64,000 nucleotides of DNA from Utricularia gibba. Lineage: Eukaryota; Plantae; Magnoliophyta. The translations under genes and the position numbers were made by a program. The notes beneath the pieces were generated by a model. It worked only from the letters and a program-made list of their open reading frames with translations. It had not been told where the DNA came from and did not search any database. Positions 25,435 through 36,943 of this stretch are shown piece after piece (the first letter of the stretch is position 1; each line of letters begins with the position of its first letter). The stretch covers positions 496,001 to 560,000 of the forward strand of contig NEEC01000024.1 in the NCBI GenBank assembly GCA_002189035.1, written 5' to 3'.

Positions 25435-26994
25435 TCTAGTACAAGTGGTATAAGATACATGTTTGATTGGCTCTAGTACAAGTGGGAGATTGTTAGTATA
25501 TGTGTTCTAGAGACAATAAACTCATTGGCAAATCTTATCTTTTGATATTTACTTTGAATTGTGATCAAATTTATATCATTGATAAAATCCTCTACTTGAT
25601 CTATGTGCTATACAAAATATGATGAGATCATAATGTGAGATTCTTCAGCACTCATGATCAAGTTAAAAAACTCCCTAGCTAGACTATTTGTGAAATGAGG
25701 ATATCACAAATACGGATAAGTTGGCATACATTGAGTTCCCTAAAATGTTTAGGTAATGGTTCTCACAATTGATGTAATGAGATTACTAGAACCTATGTGT
25801 GGGTGTCGATTAGAGAATCGATTCACCGGATGACTCATCTTCGAGATGCTACTATGGGAAGCTAACCAAGTGTCAGTAGCAAGATCTCGAATATGACAGC
25901 CGTGCAATTAAGCTTAGACTTGAGGTCAACAAAGTTATCTTGATCTTAAGCTCACATTTTCGCTCATTACTAATGGGAGCCTAACCATGGCTTGCCTAGT
26001 ATGGATAAGTAGGGATGTGACTTCTTAAGGTTGGAGATAGTTGATTGATCAATAAAAGATTCATCACTCATGTTAGTGATGAGATCATATCTCAAGTAAT
26101 TGCATCAAAGCCTAACAGTAAGTCCTAGGCCCAGGATAATGACACTCGAATTGTTTGAGTAGGTCATTGAGTGTTAGTGCTTGAATGCAATTATAATTTC
26201 GATAAATCAGAAAGACACACACCCATGTTCTGGTACCGAATGAGATATAAGTATGATGAAGGCTGTTCATTGCATGGTGGCTGGTCATGGAAAGGCTCAA
26301 TCAGTTCACCTGATTATTCTTACATCTTGGGGATCATGATATGTTGCTAGACATCACTCATGATCGATAATGATGGATTTGATTAATTAAGAGTTAATTA
26401 ATAAATCCATTATTACGGCCTTGATTGAGGAAGCCTATAGGGTCACACACAATAGTGGAGTCACTCATCGATATAAAATAGAATGACACAATTACATGAG
26501 ATGTAATTGGTAAAGTGGATAAATTAAATTGTAGAGTTATTTTGAGATTAATATTGATTAAACTCAAAATAAAAGATCATATATAGATAAGATTTGGAAC
26601 ATATACATATCTCCACAAGATAAGATCTTTACGGAGATATGATTTGATATGTTACCATATATCTATCGAAGAAGATTTAGATCTTCAGATCTGCTCCAAG
26701 GGTCTTCGTGCTCTCAGAGACTAATCCACAAGGAGGCGTTTTTCTCTACAAGCACCTGAGGAATTCGACCAGCATTCAAGAGCCTTGAGAAGGTTATCGA
26801 CGGAGTGCTCCACGTGTGGATACAATAGAGGCCGTCTGCTATTGGCGGTTGGTGAACAACGGAGTCATCTGAAAGGTATTTCAGCATCCCTTAGTCTGAT
26901 GTATACTGTATTCCAAGATCTGCGTTGGGGGTTTCTGAAAATTTTTAAAATTCCGTTGCTTTTGAGACATACGATGTCTACGAGAAACCCAACA
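25435..26994 (+). mobile_element. Young Angela 3' end: short internal stub, PPT and LTR 25491-26994
   Basis: PPT AAGTGGGAGA, then a 1504-bp TG...CA LTR. Confidence 0.93.
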
Positions 26995-29200
26995 AAAGGA
27001 TCTACTAGCCATTGTCTTTGCCCTAGAGAAATTTTGATCTTATTTGCTTGGAGCCAAAGTCATTGTCTATTTGGATAATGCTGCATTGAGATATCTCCTC
27101 ACCAAGAAGGATTTCAAAGCCTTGACTCATTTGCTGGATTTTATTGCTTCAAGAATTCGACCTAGACATCAAGGACAAGAAAGGGTGTTAGAATTTGGTG
27201 GCAGATCTGTTGATGTATGTGTTCTAGAGACAATAGACTTATTGGTAAATCTTATCTTTTAATATTTATATTTAATTGTGATCAAGTTTATATCACTGAT
27301 AAAATCTTCTACTTGATCTATGTGCTATAGAAATTATAATGAGATTATAATGTGATATTTTACAAGCATTTATGTTCAAGTTAAAGATTCTATGGCTAGA
27401 ATATTTGTTAAATGAGGATATCACAAATACGAAGAAATTGGCATACATTGAGTTCCCTAAACTGCTTAGGCAATGGTTCTCACAATTGATGTAATGAGAT
27501 TACTAGAACCTATGTGTGGGTGTTGATTAGAGAATAGATTCACTTGATGACTCGTCTTCAAGATGCTACTATGGGAAGCTAACCAAGTGTCAGTAGCAAG
27601 ATCTCGAATATGACAACCGTGCAAGTAAGCTTAGACTTGAGGTCAACAAAGTTATCTTGATCTTAAACTCACATTTTTGCTCATTACTAATGGGATATAA
27701 GTATGATTATAGTTGTTCATTGCATGATGGCTAGTCATCAAAAGGCTCAATCAGTTCACCTGATTATTTTTACATCTCGGGGATCATGATATGCTACTAG
27801 ACATCACTCATGATCGATAATAATGGATTTTTTTAATTAAGAGTTAATTAATAAATTCATTATTACGGTGTTAATTAAAAAAGCCTATACGGGTACATAC
27901 AATAGAAGAGTCACTCATCGATATAAAAGAGAATAACACAATTACATGAGATGTAATTGGTAAAGTAGATAAATTAAATAGAGAATTATTTTGAGAATAA
28001 TATTGATTAAACTCAAAATAAAAGATCTGATGTAGATAAGATTCGGAACATATATATATCTCCACAAGATAAGATATTTACGGAGATTTGATTAGATATG
28101 TTATCAAATATCTATATAAGATATAAGAAAGATTTGATCCGAAGCAATTTTCATATCTTTGTTCTCTTTAAGATTTATCTATAAGGGATGATTTTCTTTA
28201 CTAGCACTTGAGGAGATCAAACACCATTCTACAGCCTTAAGAAATTTGTCGATAGAGTGCTTTATGTGTGGACACTATAGAGGCCGTCTACTACTGGCAG
28301 TTGCTGAACAACAGAGTGCACTGAAAGGTACCATCAATATCCCATAATCTAATGTATACCGTATTTCGAGATTTGTGTTTGAGGTTTCCTAAAAAATTTT
28401 TAAATTCTGCTACACTGAGGAAATACGATATCTATGAGAAAACTAACAAGATCATCTCAGCCGCATCAGTTCTTGAGAAAAATCAAGCCTTATTGATTAC
28501 AGCTTCCCAGAAAAACACTTCTTCATGATGCATGATGCAAAAAGCATCGGTCACTTCTTGACCACTACTTTATTCTTGCAGTTTGGACATCCAAGGATTA
28601 TGATCTTTGATCGTGGAACCCATTTTGTAAATCATGCCATCAAGAGTGCACTAGCCAAGTATGGAGTCAACCATTGCCTGTCCACAACTAGACATCCCCA
28701 AACAAATGGCAATGCGGAGATATCAAATAGAGAAATGAAGAGGATCTTGAAGCGGACCGTTAACCCAAATAGGTGAGATTGGAGCTCAAGGCTCAATGAT
28801 GCACTATGGGCATACTGCACTACTTACAAGAATCCACAAGAATGTCTCCATATCACATGATCTTTGATAAGGCCTGTCATCTTCCCTTTGAACTTCATCA
28901 CAGGGCGTACTAGGCCATCAACTCATGCAACTTGATTATCGACCAAGCTTAAGAGAATAGACTTTTGCACCTGAATGAGCTGGAGAAAATTCGCCTCAAT
29001 GCCTACAATAACAAACTCCTACACAAGGAAAAGGTAAAACGCTTCCATGACAGTAAGTTGCATGAGAAGCAATCTTTAGTTAGTTAAAAACTTCTTTTGT
29101 TTGATACTACCTTAAAATTCTTTGGGGGTAAGTTGTGTTCTAAGTGGCTTGGACCTTACAAATTGTGCATGTTTTTCCTTTTGGTGTTGATGTTACTGGT
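26995..29200 (+). pseudogene. Athila-like RNase H-integrase remnant interrupted by a solo LTR
   Basis: KDLLAIVFALEKF..LLGAKVIVY, LLQEFDLDIKDKKG, NLVAD|HLSR, IFDRGTHF, HPQTNGNAEISNREMKRIL. Confidence 0.88.
27208..28448 (+). mobile_element. Older Angela solo LTR with an internal deletion, TSD AGATC
   Basis: TG...CA termini. AGATC at 27203-27207 and 28449-28453. Confidence 0.93.
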
Positions 29201-30030
29201 AGTCAAGGCCCATTAACAGTGTCTCAAACGGCCAAAGACTATAAATTGGCACTACATGGGAGGCAAACCATGTCTTTAATTTCGTAACTGCCCACTTTCT
29301 CTTCGTTTTTAGCACCCACTACCCAGGTTACTTTAATTTCATCTACCCCACAACCACTTTCTCTTTTAATCATTTTACACTCAACCTCCCCTTCTACCTT
29401 TTGAAATCCATTTTACTGACCGTTACCCCACTTCACCGCTGTAACCCATGCTTCAATTCCCCCTTCTAACACTTGCAATTCTCCTGTTTTAATGCTCATA
29501 TTGACCAGCCACCCCATCTCTCTGTTTACCCCAAGCACAAATGCTGCCAATGCCGCAAATCTGAATTGCAAAACCACTACTGCTGGGCCATCTCGAAGAA
29601 CCCAGCATCACCGCACCTATAACCCAGTAGAAGCCTATATGCCGTCTAAGCATGAACCAACCCCAAGCACAATTGCTCCATTGGGCCACGCCTGTGATTG
29701 TTGTGCCTCTAGTGCTGTACGTGGAGTGGCACCTAAACCCTGCAATTGCTACTATTTCTACCAACGAGCTAGAGGTTTCAGCACAAATGCAGCCCCCACA
29801 ACTAGAGGAACCTGCTAGAGAAGAAGGTCAAAAAAAAGAAAATCCTATTTTACATTCATCTTCTTCTCTAGTATGAAAATCCTATTTTACTATTTTTGTT
29901 CAAGTGGGTACCAAGAATACCATCACTTCCATGCCTCCATTGATTGTGAATCCCATTGAGCACTGCACCATCCACCCCAACCAAGCACACTCTCCTCCTA
30001 GCCATTCAAACCCTCTAGGAGCAATTTCTA
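29200..30030 (+). mobile_element. Athila-like post-integrase region with the extra-ORF remnant
   Basis: ORF 29492-29818 is homologous to 19405-19926; boundaries approximate. Confidence 0.6.
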
Positions 30031-30675
30031 CCCTATCTAACAAACTAGACAGTTATGATCGAAAATCCTAATTGACCCTAGATGCCTTGGTAATAAATTA
30101 TGAAACATCATATGCACCAATAATTCACCAATATGATCATACTCATCAAAATTCGTGCAAAGGCCATCATGCCCCACGACTACACATATATAAACCATCA
30201 TCATGCTGCGCATATACACGTTAGATATGATTGTTGAAAGCACCAATCATGAATCAAATTTCGTGCATCATAAGGTAGCAAAACAATCAAACATAATCAT
30301 CACATGCTATTATGATGATTGCCAACAAGGCAACATATGAGAACATCTCGCAAAATCAGCAAAGATTCTAACGTATACACATATTCCGTAACCTTGCTCC
30401 GATACCACAGGTTAGGTTTCTCGTAGACATCGCATGTGAGAAAAGCAGCAGAATTTGAAATTTTTCAAGAAACTTAAATCACATATCTTGGAATACAGTA
30501 TACACCAGATAAAGCAATTCTGAAAATACCTTTCATTGCACTCCGTTGTTCACCAACCGCCAATAGTAGATGACCTCTATGGTATCCAAATGTGAAGCCA
30601 CCATGCAATGAACAGCTTTATTGATCAATTACTTGAAATAAGATCTCATCGCTAACATGAGTGATAAATCCTTTA
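30031..30675 (-). mobile_element. Angela 5' leader, PBS and deleted 5' LTR fragment
   Basis: Matches ~17180-17597. PBS TGGTATCGGAGC at 30396-30407. The LTR is cut at a TTA by the Harbinger TIR. Confidence 0.87.
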
Positions 30676-31144
30676 GGGCGCGTTTGGTTGCTGGGTTTAG
30701 GTGCGTTGTGGGGTGGGTTTAGAGATAAACCCATGTTTGGTATGTGGGTTTCAAGTTGGTAAAAATAAACCCGCCTGCTGCCCATAAACCCCGTGGGAAC
30801 TCGCTGAGCTGGGTTTAGCTAAACCTTGGGGGGGGGGGGGGGGGTCAGTTTAGCTAAACAAGGCTCGATGCTTCCAATTTCACCCTCGCGTAAACCACAT
30901 TTGAACGCAGACTTTGTTCATGATTTTCCGGCGGCATCTTGTGTTCTTTGGGCACAAAAAGGGTGGGTCTTTCGGTAAGTGTGCTTTCTCTTCGTGGTGG
31001 GTTGGTTCACGATAGCACCGCATAGTGGGTTGGTCCATGGCAACACCGCATAGTCGGTTTTTATCTGTGATTTTCCAATTTCAGAATCTGTGGTGCTGTG
31101 TATGTGGATTTATTTTGCTCGATTTTTTCTACTGTTAAGGGGAC

Positions 31145-31501
31145 ATGGATTTTTTCATGGAGGGTCATGTCATCTTGAGTGCGGCCGCGGCAGTATTAAT
31201 CGAATACTTGGTGCAGATGAATGTGTTAGTATACTTATATTGGAAAAATTGGTGTGGGGGATATAGGGTGAGATGCAGGTATTCACTTACACACAAGATT
31301 CCAAAACAAGTTGAGCATTATAGTAGGTTGGTGAGTGATGTGAACAGCGCATCCATTGAGAACTTGAGAATTAGTCGAGATGCCTTGGGTATTTTATGTA
31401 GCCTATTCGAAAATCGTTCTAATTTAAAGGCTGGAAAAAATGTTATGGTTCCCGAGATAGTTTGCATGTTTTTAGGAATATTAGGACACCATAAAAAAAT
31501 G
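31145..31501 (+). pseudogene. PIF transposase N-terminal (HTH) fragment
   Basis: ENLRISRDALGILCSL...EIVCMFLGILGHHKK. Homology to copy 2 stops after HKKM. Confidence 0.82.
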
Positions 31502-31860
31502 TTATGCTGCAAATGGTTTTGGGATTGTACTGTAGTGTCATGTGTTACCATGGGGTAACATGGTACCACATGGTGGAACATTGGAGCCAACATCGCGATC
31601 TTCAGACAAGGTGCTGCAAAGGCTTGTACGAGACCACAGTTGCTAGTAGCACCGCACGTTTCATCGTATCCGGTGTTGTCAAAATTTTAGAAGTAGATGA
31701 GTGTGAAGCTGGTGCATACTTGGGAGGGTGATTAGTAGTACAATAATACTTCATTTGACCAACTCGGATGAAACCCTGTTCGGATGATCCCTCCAGTTGC
31801 TAGTAGTACAATAATACTTCATTAGTAGTACAATAATACTTCAGTTGCTAGTAGCACCGC

Positions 31861-34150
31861 GATCCAAGAAAATTCGGATGATCCCTCCAGCTTGGGTAGT
31901 AAGCATTTGAATATTGATCATATTTCTTCCTCTGCTGGGGCTCCAAATATCCCATAGCTTTGGCATGGTCTTCTTCAAATAAATTTGGGCACTTTTCCGC
32001 AACATGCCCTGTTCTGTGACAGTTTCCGCACGGCATGTTCTTGGCCTGGAATAAGAACAGCTCCTTCATCATTTCTGATAGAGCAGCAACATTTTTTGTG
32101 AGTTAAATCTCTGAAACCCTGGGCTTACTCTCCACTTCGTATACTCTCTTGTTTGAGGCCTGCTTTCTGATAATATGCCTAGAATGCTCAGCCAACTCCT
32201 CAAGCAAAGAAAGAGATTCGGTTGGTGTCTTTTTTCTCAAGAATCCCCCTGATGCTGCATCAACCATGGATCTATCAGTGTACATTAATCCATCATAAAA
32301 ATATTTGACCAAGGAAGCAGATTGAAAACCATGGTGAGGACAAGATCCAAGCAATTGATTAAACCTCTCCCAATACTCATGAAGTGACTCCCCATTCATT
32401 TGCTCAATGTCACTGATTTTCTTTCTAATTTCTTCAGCTTTAGAGGCAGGAAAATATTTGCTCAAGAATGTTTTCTTCATGCCAGCCCAATCTGATATGC
32501 TTTTTGGCTTCAAGGAATTAAACCACATCCTTGCTCCTCCTTCCAAAGTAAATTGAAATGCCCTCAAACAAATTGCTTCTTCCATCACGCTAGCACTTTT
32601 AAATGATGTGCAAACTGCTGTAATATTATCCAAATGCTCGTGTGGATTTTCTCCAGCCTTCACATAGAACTTTGGCAAAAAATTAATCATGGTCGGTTTG
32701 AGTTCACTTGCTGCATCATCTGAAAAATTGATACACAATCCCTTGTAAGTGTGATCAGCAGCATCTAATTCATTCAATGTCTTCTCCTGTTCGGCCATTT
32801 TCAGACTTGGGTGGTTACGGTTAGGATTTTCCTCAACTTGACCACCTCCCTTGATTTTTTAGCACTTCCCTCAGCAGCCCTCTCGACCTCAAGATTGAAA
32901 TCGAAATTCCTTGCAACAAAGGAACACAAATGCATCAACTAAAAACACAAAATAATTGAACACAGCTCCCCGGCAACGGCGCCAATTTGATGAACGGAAA
33001 TTTCCTAATATCGTTGCAATAAAAATAGAAAATCCATTATCAAATAAATTTATAATCCCTAATCTACACAAAATACAAATTTAAAAAACTTGGATAGTGG
33101 ATATCGGGGTCGATCACGAAGAGCTTGTGCTTGCTAAGTGTTTTAGTAAATGCATGATTTCGGATAATAGTAGGTCTTAGTCCAAGCTCGGACTAACAGT
33201 GGTAAACAAGTACAGTAAACAAGGTAGGTAAGCAATATCAGGTTTCAATGCTAAAGTGATAGATACTGGTTCTAACTTAGAATAATACGATGATGCCTTA
33301 AAGGTCTGCAGGTGGTGTGGTGCTAAAATGTCTAAGTTAAATTACCATGTTCCTACACTCACAACTTCAAATCACCTAGGTCTACCAAGGTTATTGTCAT
33401 ATTTTCGGCTAAGCTAGTCTCCAATATCATCACCAACCTTACAATTAGGTCTACCCGCATGCAAAGTGTATAGAACTAGGTCTACCCGGTTCTACTGGTT
33501 CTACCCCGGACTAACACCTACTGTGCCCGCCTTGATTTGTTGGTCTACCTTTAAACCAAGCTTCTTAGTTGTGAAGTTACTTGTTCCCTGGCCGGAACAG
33601 TAGCGCTGGACTGGGTTCTGATGCTACTCTTGAGGGTGAAGTCCTTCTTCTTCTCCCCTGGTTTGTGTTCTTCGTGTTGGAGTTGGAGGAGAAGCCCCCT
33701 CGGGTGCTCTCCGTGAAAAACCCCCAGCTGCCTGCTTGTTCTTTTTGCTCCTCCTTCCTTTTCGAAATAATTTTCCCTTTTGCTTCACTCCATTGCACTG
33801 TTCCTGACTGCCAATACTGTTCTAGGCCGCCAGAACTGTTCCCGACCTGAACTTGTAGACTGCGGTGGCAGCAGAACATTGCTCTTTGTCCTTCTTCGGA
33901 TTTTGCGCCCTTTTTCCCTTGTTTCACACGCTTGCAAGTCTGATTTTCTGGTGATTTCCCTGCTGAACTTAATGAAACATTAGTAACAAAATTTGTGGAC
34001 TAAATCAAAGGATTTAGTCCACTTTTCACATTAGCACATGAGATTAACATAAACACCACTAAAACATGAAAAATCATATTTATCTAACCTAAACCATAAT
34101 AAAATATAACCATTTTGCATTTTGAAATTTAGGAAAAATGTGTGTCATCA
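31861..34150 (-). mobile_element. Athila-like 5' part: LTR 32988-34150, PBS 32967-32984, gag 32103-32798
   Basis: TG...CA LTR, PBS TGGCGCCGTTGCCGGGGA, gag LRAFQFTLEGGARMW...GESLHEYWERF. Confidence 0.92.
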
Positions 34151-35440
34151 CACTATGCTACAACGACACGAGACTTGTCCCCAAGTCCTAGCTAAGACTA
34201 ACAGAAAACTAGTTTCTTCAGCATCAGTGATAAATATAAACAACTGAAAATAAATTTCGGTCCATGAGCTACAGAAGTGCAAGTGCGCATGTCATTTCAT
34301 CACTCAAATGTGCATGAGTAGATTCCTCTTGAGGAGTGTTTTCGAAGATCGTATCTTATTGAATTGATCCCTCCAAAGTCACTTAAGGTCACGGTTGCCA
34401 ACCCATTTTTTTCTCTTTTTTTTTCTTCTTTTTTCAGTAGTGAAGGGGCAGCTTGTTCCAGACTAATCCGGGCATAATGTGATTGCCTTTTCTTCATCAG
34501 AGTGTCGGCCAAGCACTCACACCAGGCTCCTCCATTCTCCTCCAGATTAGTCTTTCCCTGCTCACCCTTTCACTACTTATTGAGTCTGCACATGCTCTTT
34601 TAATATGTGCTGCTTTTTAGGACTTGGGTCTCAATATTTTTTTTCTTTTCTCTCTTTTTTTTTTCGACCCTTTATTCACCTCTTTTTTTTTCATGGTTGG
34701 CAACCTATTCCACAATGACTAGGAAGTTCAACAATTCATATAAAAATTGATCTAGATTACACTCCTTAGATTCCTCCAGTCATACACATGCTCTCATAAA
34801 ATAAAAAGATTAAAACAGGCTCATGGGTATCAGAAAGGTCTACAAAACTCATGCAACAAAATTCATTTAGCAGCTGTAATGTTCAATCACTTAGCCATCG
34901 GAAACAGTTTGCTGCTACCAAACAAAATTATAGTAGAAATGACTCCTAGTCTACACTTAGACTAACAGATACCACTCGTTGACGTAAACAGGGTCCTAAA
35001 ATTGAAAATAAAACAAAACAAAAATAGAAACCTACTATACTAAATCATTCTAGCAGTAGATTACTTGTTCAGGGAGGCGTCGGCCACTCCCTGTTTTAAC
35101 TTTGTGATGGACGCGGTGCTAGTCCATCACTACTCAATAGCACTGCACTGAATGTGGCGGTTTTTGTAGCACCACGTTTGCGAAAGAGTGCTCTACAACG
35201 TAGCACCGCGCTTGTTCATATGTGGTGCTTCCACAAACGATTCTAGAACACTGTCTACACTACGCAATGCTCGTATCAATTACGTGTAGTCATCCTACGC
35301 CCACATTTTCATGTGGAATACCGTATATTTGCTTGAAGGATGATTAGAAGATGAAATACATCTAACCCATGAGTCCAACATAAGGCCAACCACCGCACAA
35401 CAGATTTAAGATCTCCGTTCGGATGCTAAACCACGCACAA

Positions 35441-36456
35441 TCAGCTCTCTTTCACAATCACTGGAGGCAGGAAGTAGCGCAACCTCGCAGGATTGGAACT
35501 AATTGTCTCTACTATGGTAAAACGTTGGATGGCAGTTAATTGCAATGGCATACCTCTAATGATCTCCTCTGCCTAACGCTGATTGTCCACCAACTCCCAT
35601 GCTTACTGCACCATTGTTAATCCCAAGTGATGTAGCTCTTTGCATGTGCACACATTCAGCTCCTTCATTTATTTGAGGAACTGCACATCATCATCAATTC
35701 CCCTCGGTCCCCACCCGCTTTGTCTAGTTCGCCGCGATGAGTTTGTGTTGTTGTGTGACTCAGAGTCCCTACTAGGTGTGACATTCACACCCTCCACAAC
35801 ACAACTAAATGGGTTGCAAGGTGTGTCAGCATACGAGAAGTTCATATCCTGTCCAGTGCTATCCAGATCTAGAGGGCAATTCAAAGATGCTTCCAGATTC
35901 TGCACAACATCTTCCGCCAATTTCCTCTTCCTGGTCGCGGCTACATTGCTCATCGTATTATCTCCTGTAGCCCGATTCTTTCCAAAGATTTCCTTCCACT
36001 ACATGTAATATGGTCATGCTTTGTGTCTTAGGACACGCAGCCTGGGTGCGTGCTGACATAATAACATGGTAAGCACCAGATATAACACCGCAAGAACCGG
36101 GCATACGTACCTGATCAATCTCCTTCCAAACCTCCTCGTCTGCGTCTACGGTGTAGGTCAGCTCACTGAAACCGGTGCCCGACCTTGATAAAAAAATCTA
36201 CAAGAAGGTAGTAGTCATTTTTCTAGGTATGCACCTTGCTAGATATATGCAGGTGTGTATTGATGTCGGTTCTAGGACGGAGTTTCAAGAACTCTGTCTC
36301 CAATGCTCGGTGATACCCACCCCTAAAACCATTCTTAATTTTCCAGCCTTCTTTCACTATCTGCTTCAAAGCGTGCAATAAGTCTTTCTCCTCATCTGGC
36401 TTCCAGGCACGCTTCATTTTTTTGTGAGAGTCTTCCACCATGATTGGGCTGTGCAT
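35441..36456 (-). pseudogene. PIF ORF1 Myb/SANT-like protein, copy 1
   Basis: KRAWKPDEEKDLL...GWKIKNGFRGGY...SSKVHT* and EIFGKNRATG. Putative 58-nt GT-AG intron after DQ. Confidence 0.87.
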
Positions 36457-36672
36457 ACCTGCAATCTGTTCTGAAGGAAAGAAAACAGCAAGAACAAAGC
36501 ACCTACGCCGAGCACTTACAACAAGTAAACCGTAAAATTGACTCAAAATTCAACTGATTTCAAACGAGAAACTCTGTGCAACGAAGAGAGTATACAATGT
36601 GGACTTAACCCATGGCTCTTCACTCTTAATTACTTATGAAATCAATAGAGATCTCGTCGGGCGGCAGCATTG

Positions 36673-36943
36673 TTACCTTTCGCATTGAAACCTGATATTG
36701 TTTACTGATCTTGTTTACCGCACTTGTCTACCACTGTTGGTTTGAGCTTAGACTAAGATTTACTGTTATCCTGAATTATGCATTTACTAAAACACTTAGC
36801 AAGCACAAGGTCTTCATGATCGACCCCGACATCCACTATACAAGTTTTCTAAATTTGTATTTTTGTATAGATTAGGGACTATAAATTTATTTAATACGGA
36901 TTTCTATTTTTATTGCAACGATATTAGGAATTTACGTTTATCA
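36673..36943 (+). repeat. 3' end fragment of a Gypsy LTR
   Basis: Reverse-complement match to ~32988-33260, ending TTTATCA. Confidence 0.75.

Larger units (their letters stand above)
30676..36672 (+). mobile_element. PIF/Harbinger copy 1; right TIR missing, centre replaced by Gypsy DNA
   Basis: TTA followed by GGGCGCGTTTGGTT. Transposase N-terminus (+) and Myb/SANT ORF (-) are homologous to 49454-56781 in inverted orientation. Right end approximate. Confidence 0.87.

Noticed and set aside
30828-30844. G17 run, and G13 at 50685-50697, as functional G-quadruplexes
   Set aside because: The sister copies have shorter interrupted runs, and homopolymer lengths are unstable and error-prone in assemblies.
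31733-31860. Short 21-bp direct repeats as a CRISPR-like array or satellite
   Set aside because: The DNA is eukaryotic, spacing is irregular, and every patch traces to adjacent sequence (repair filler).
35040-35160. Possible C-terminus of the phosphatase cargo in Harbinger copy 1 (SATPCFNFVMDAV)
   Set aside because: The resemblance is too short and weak to support without an alignment.
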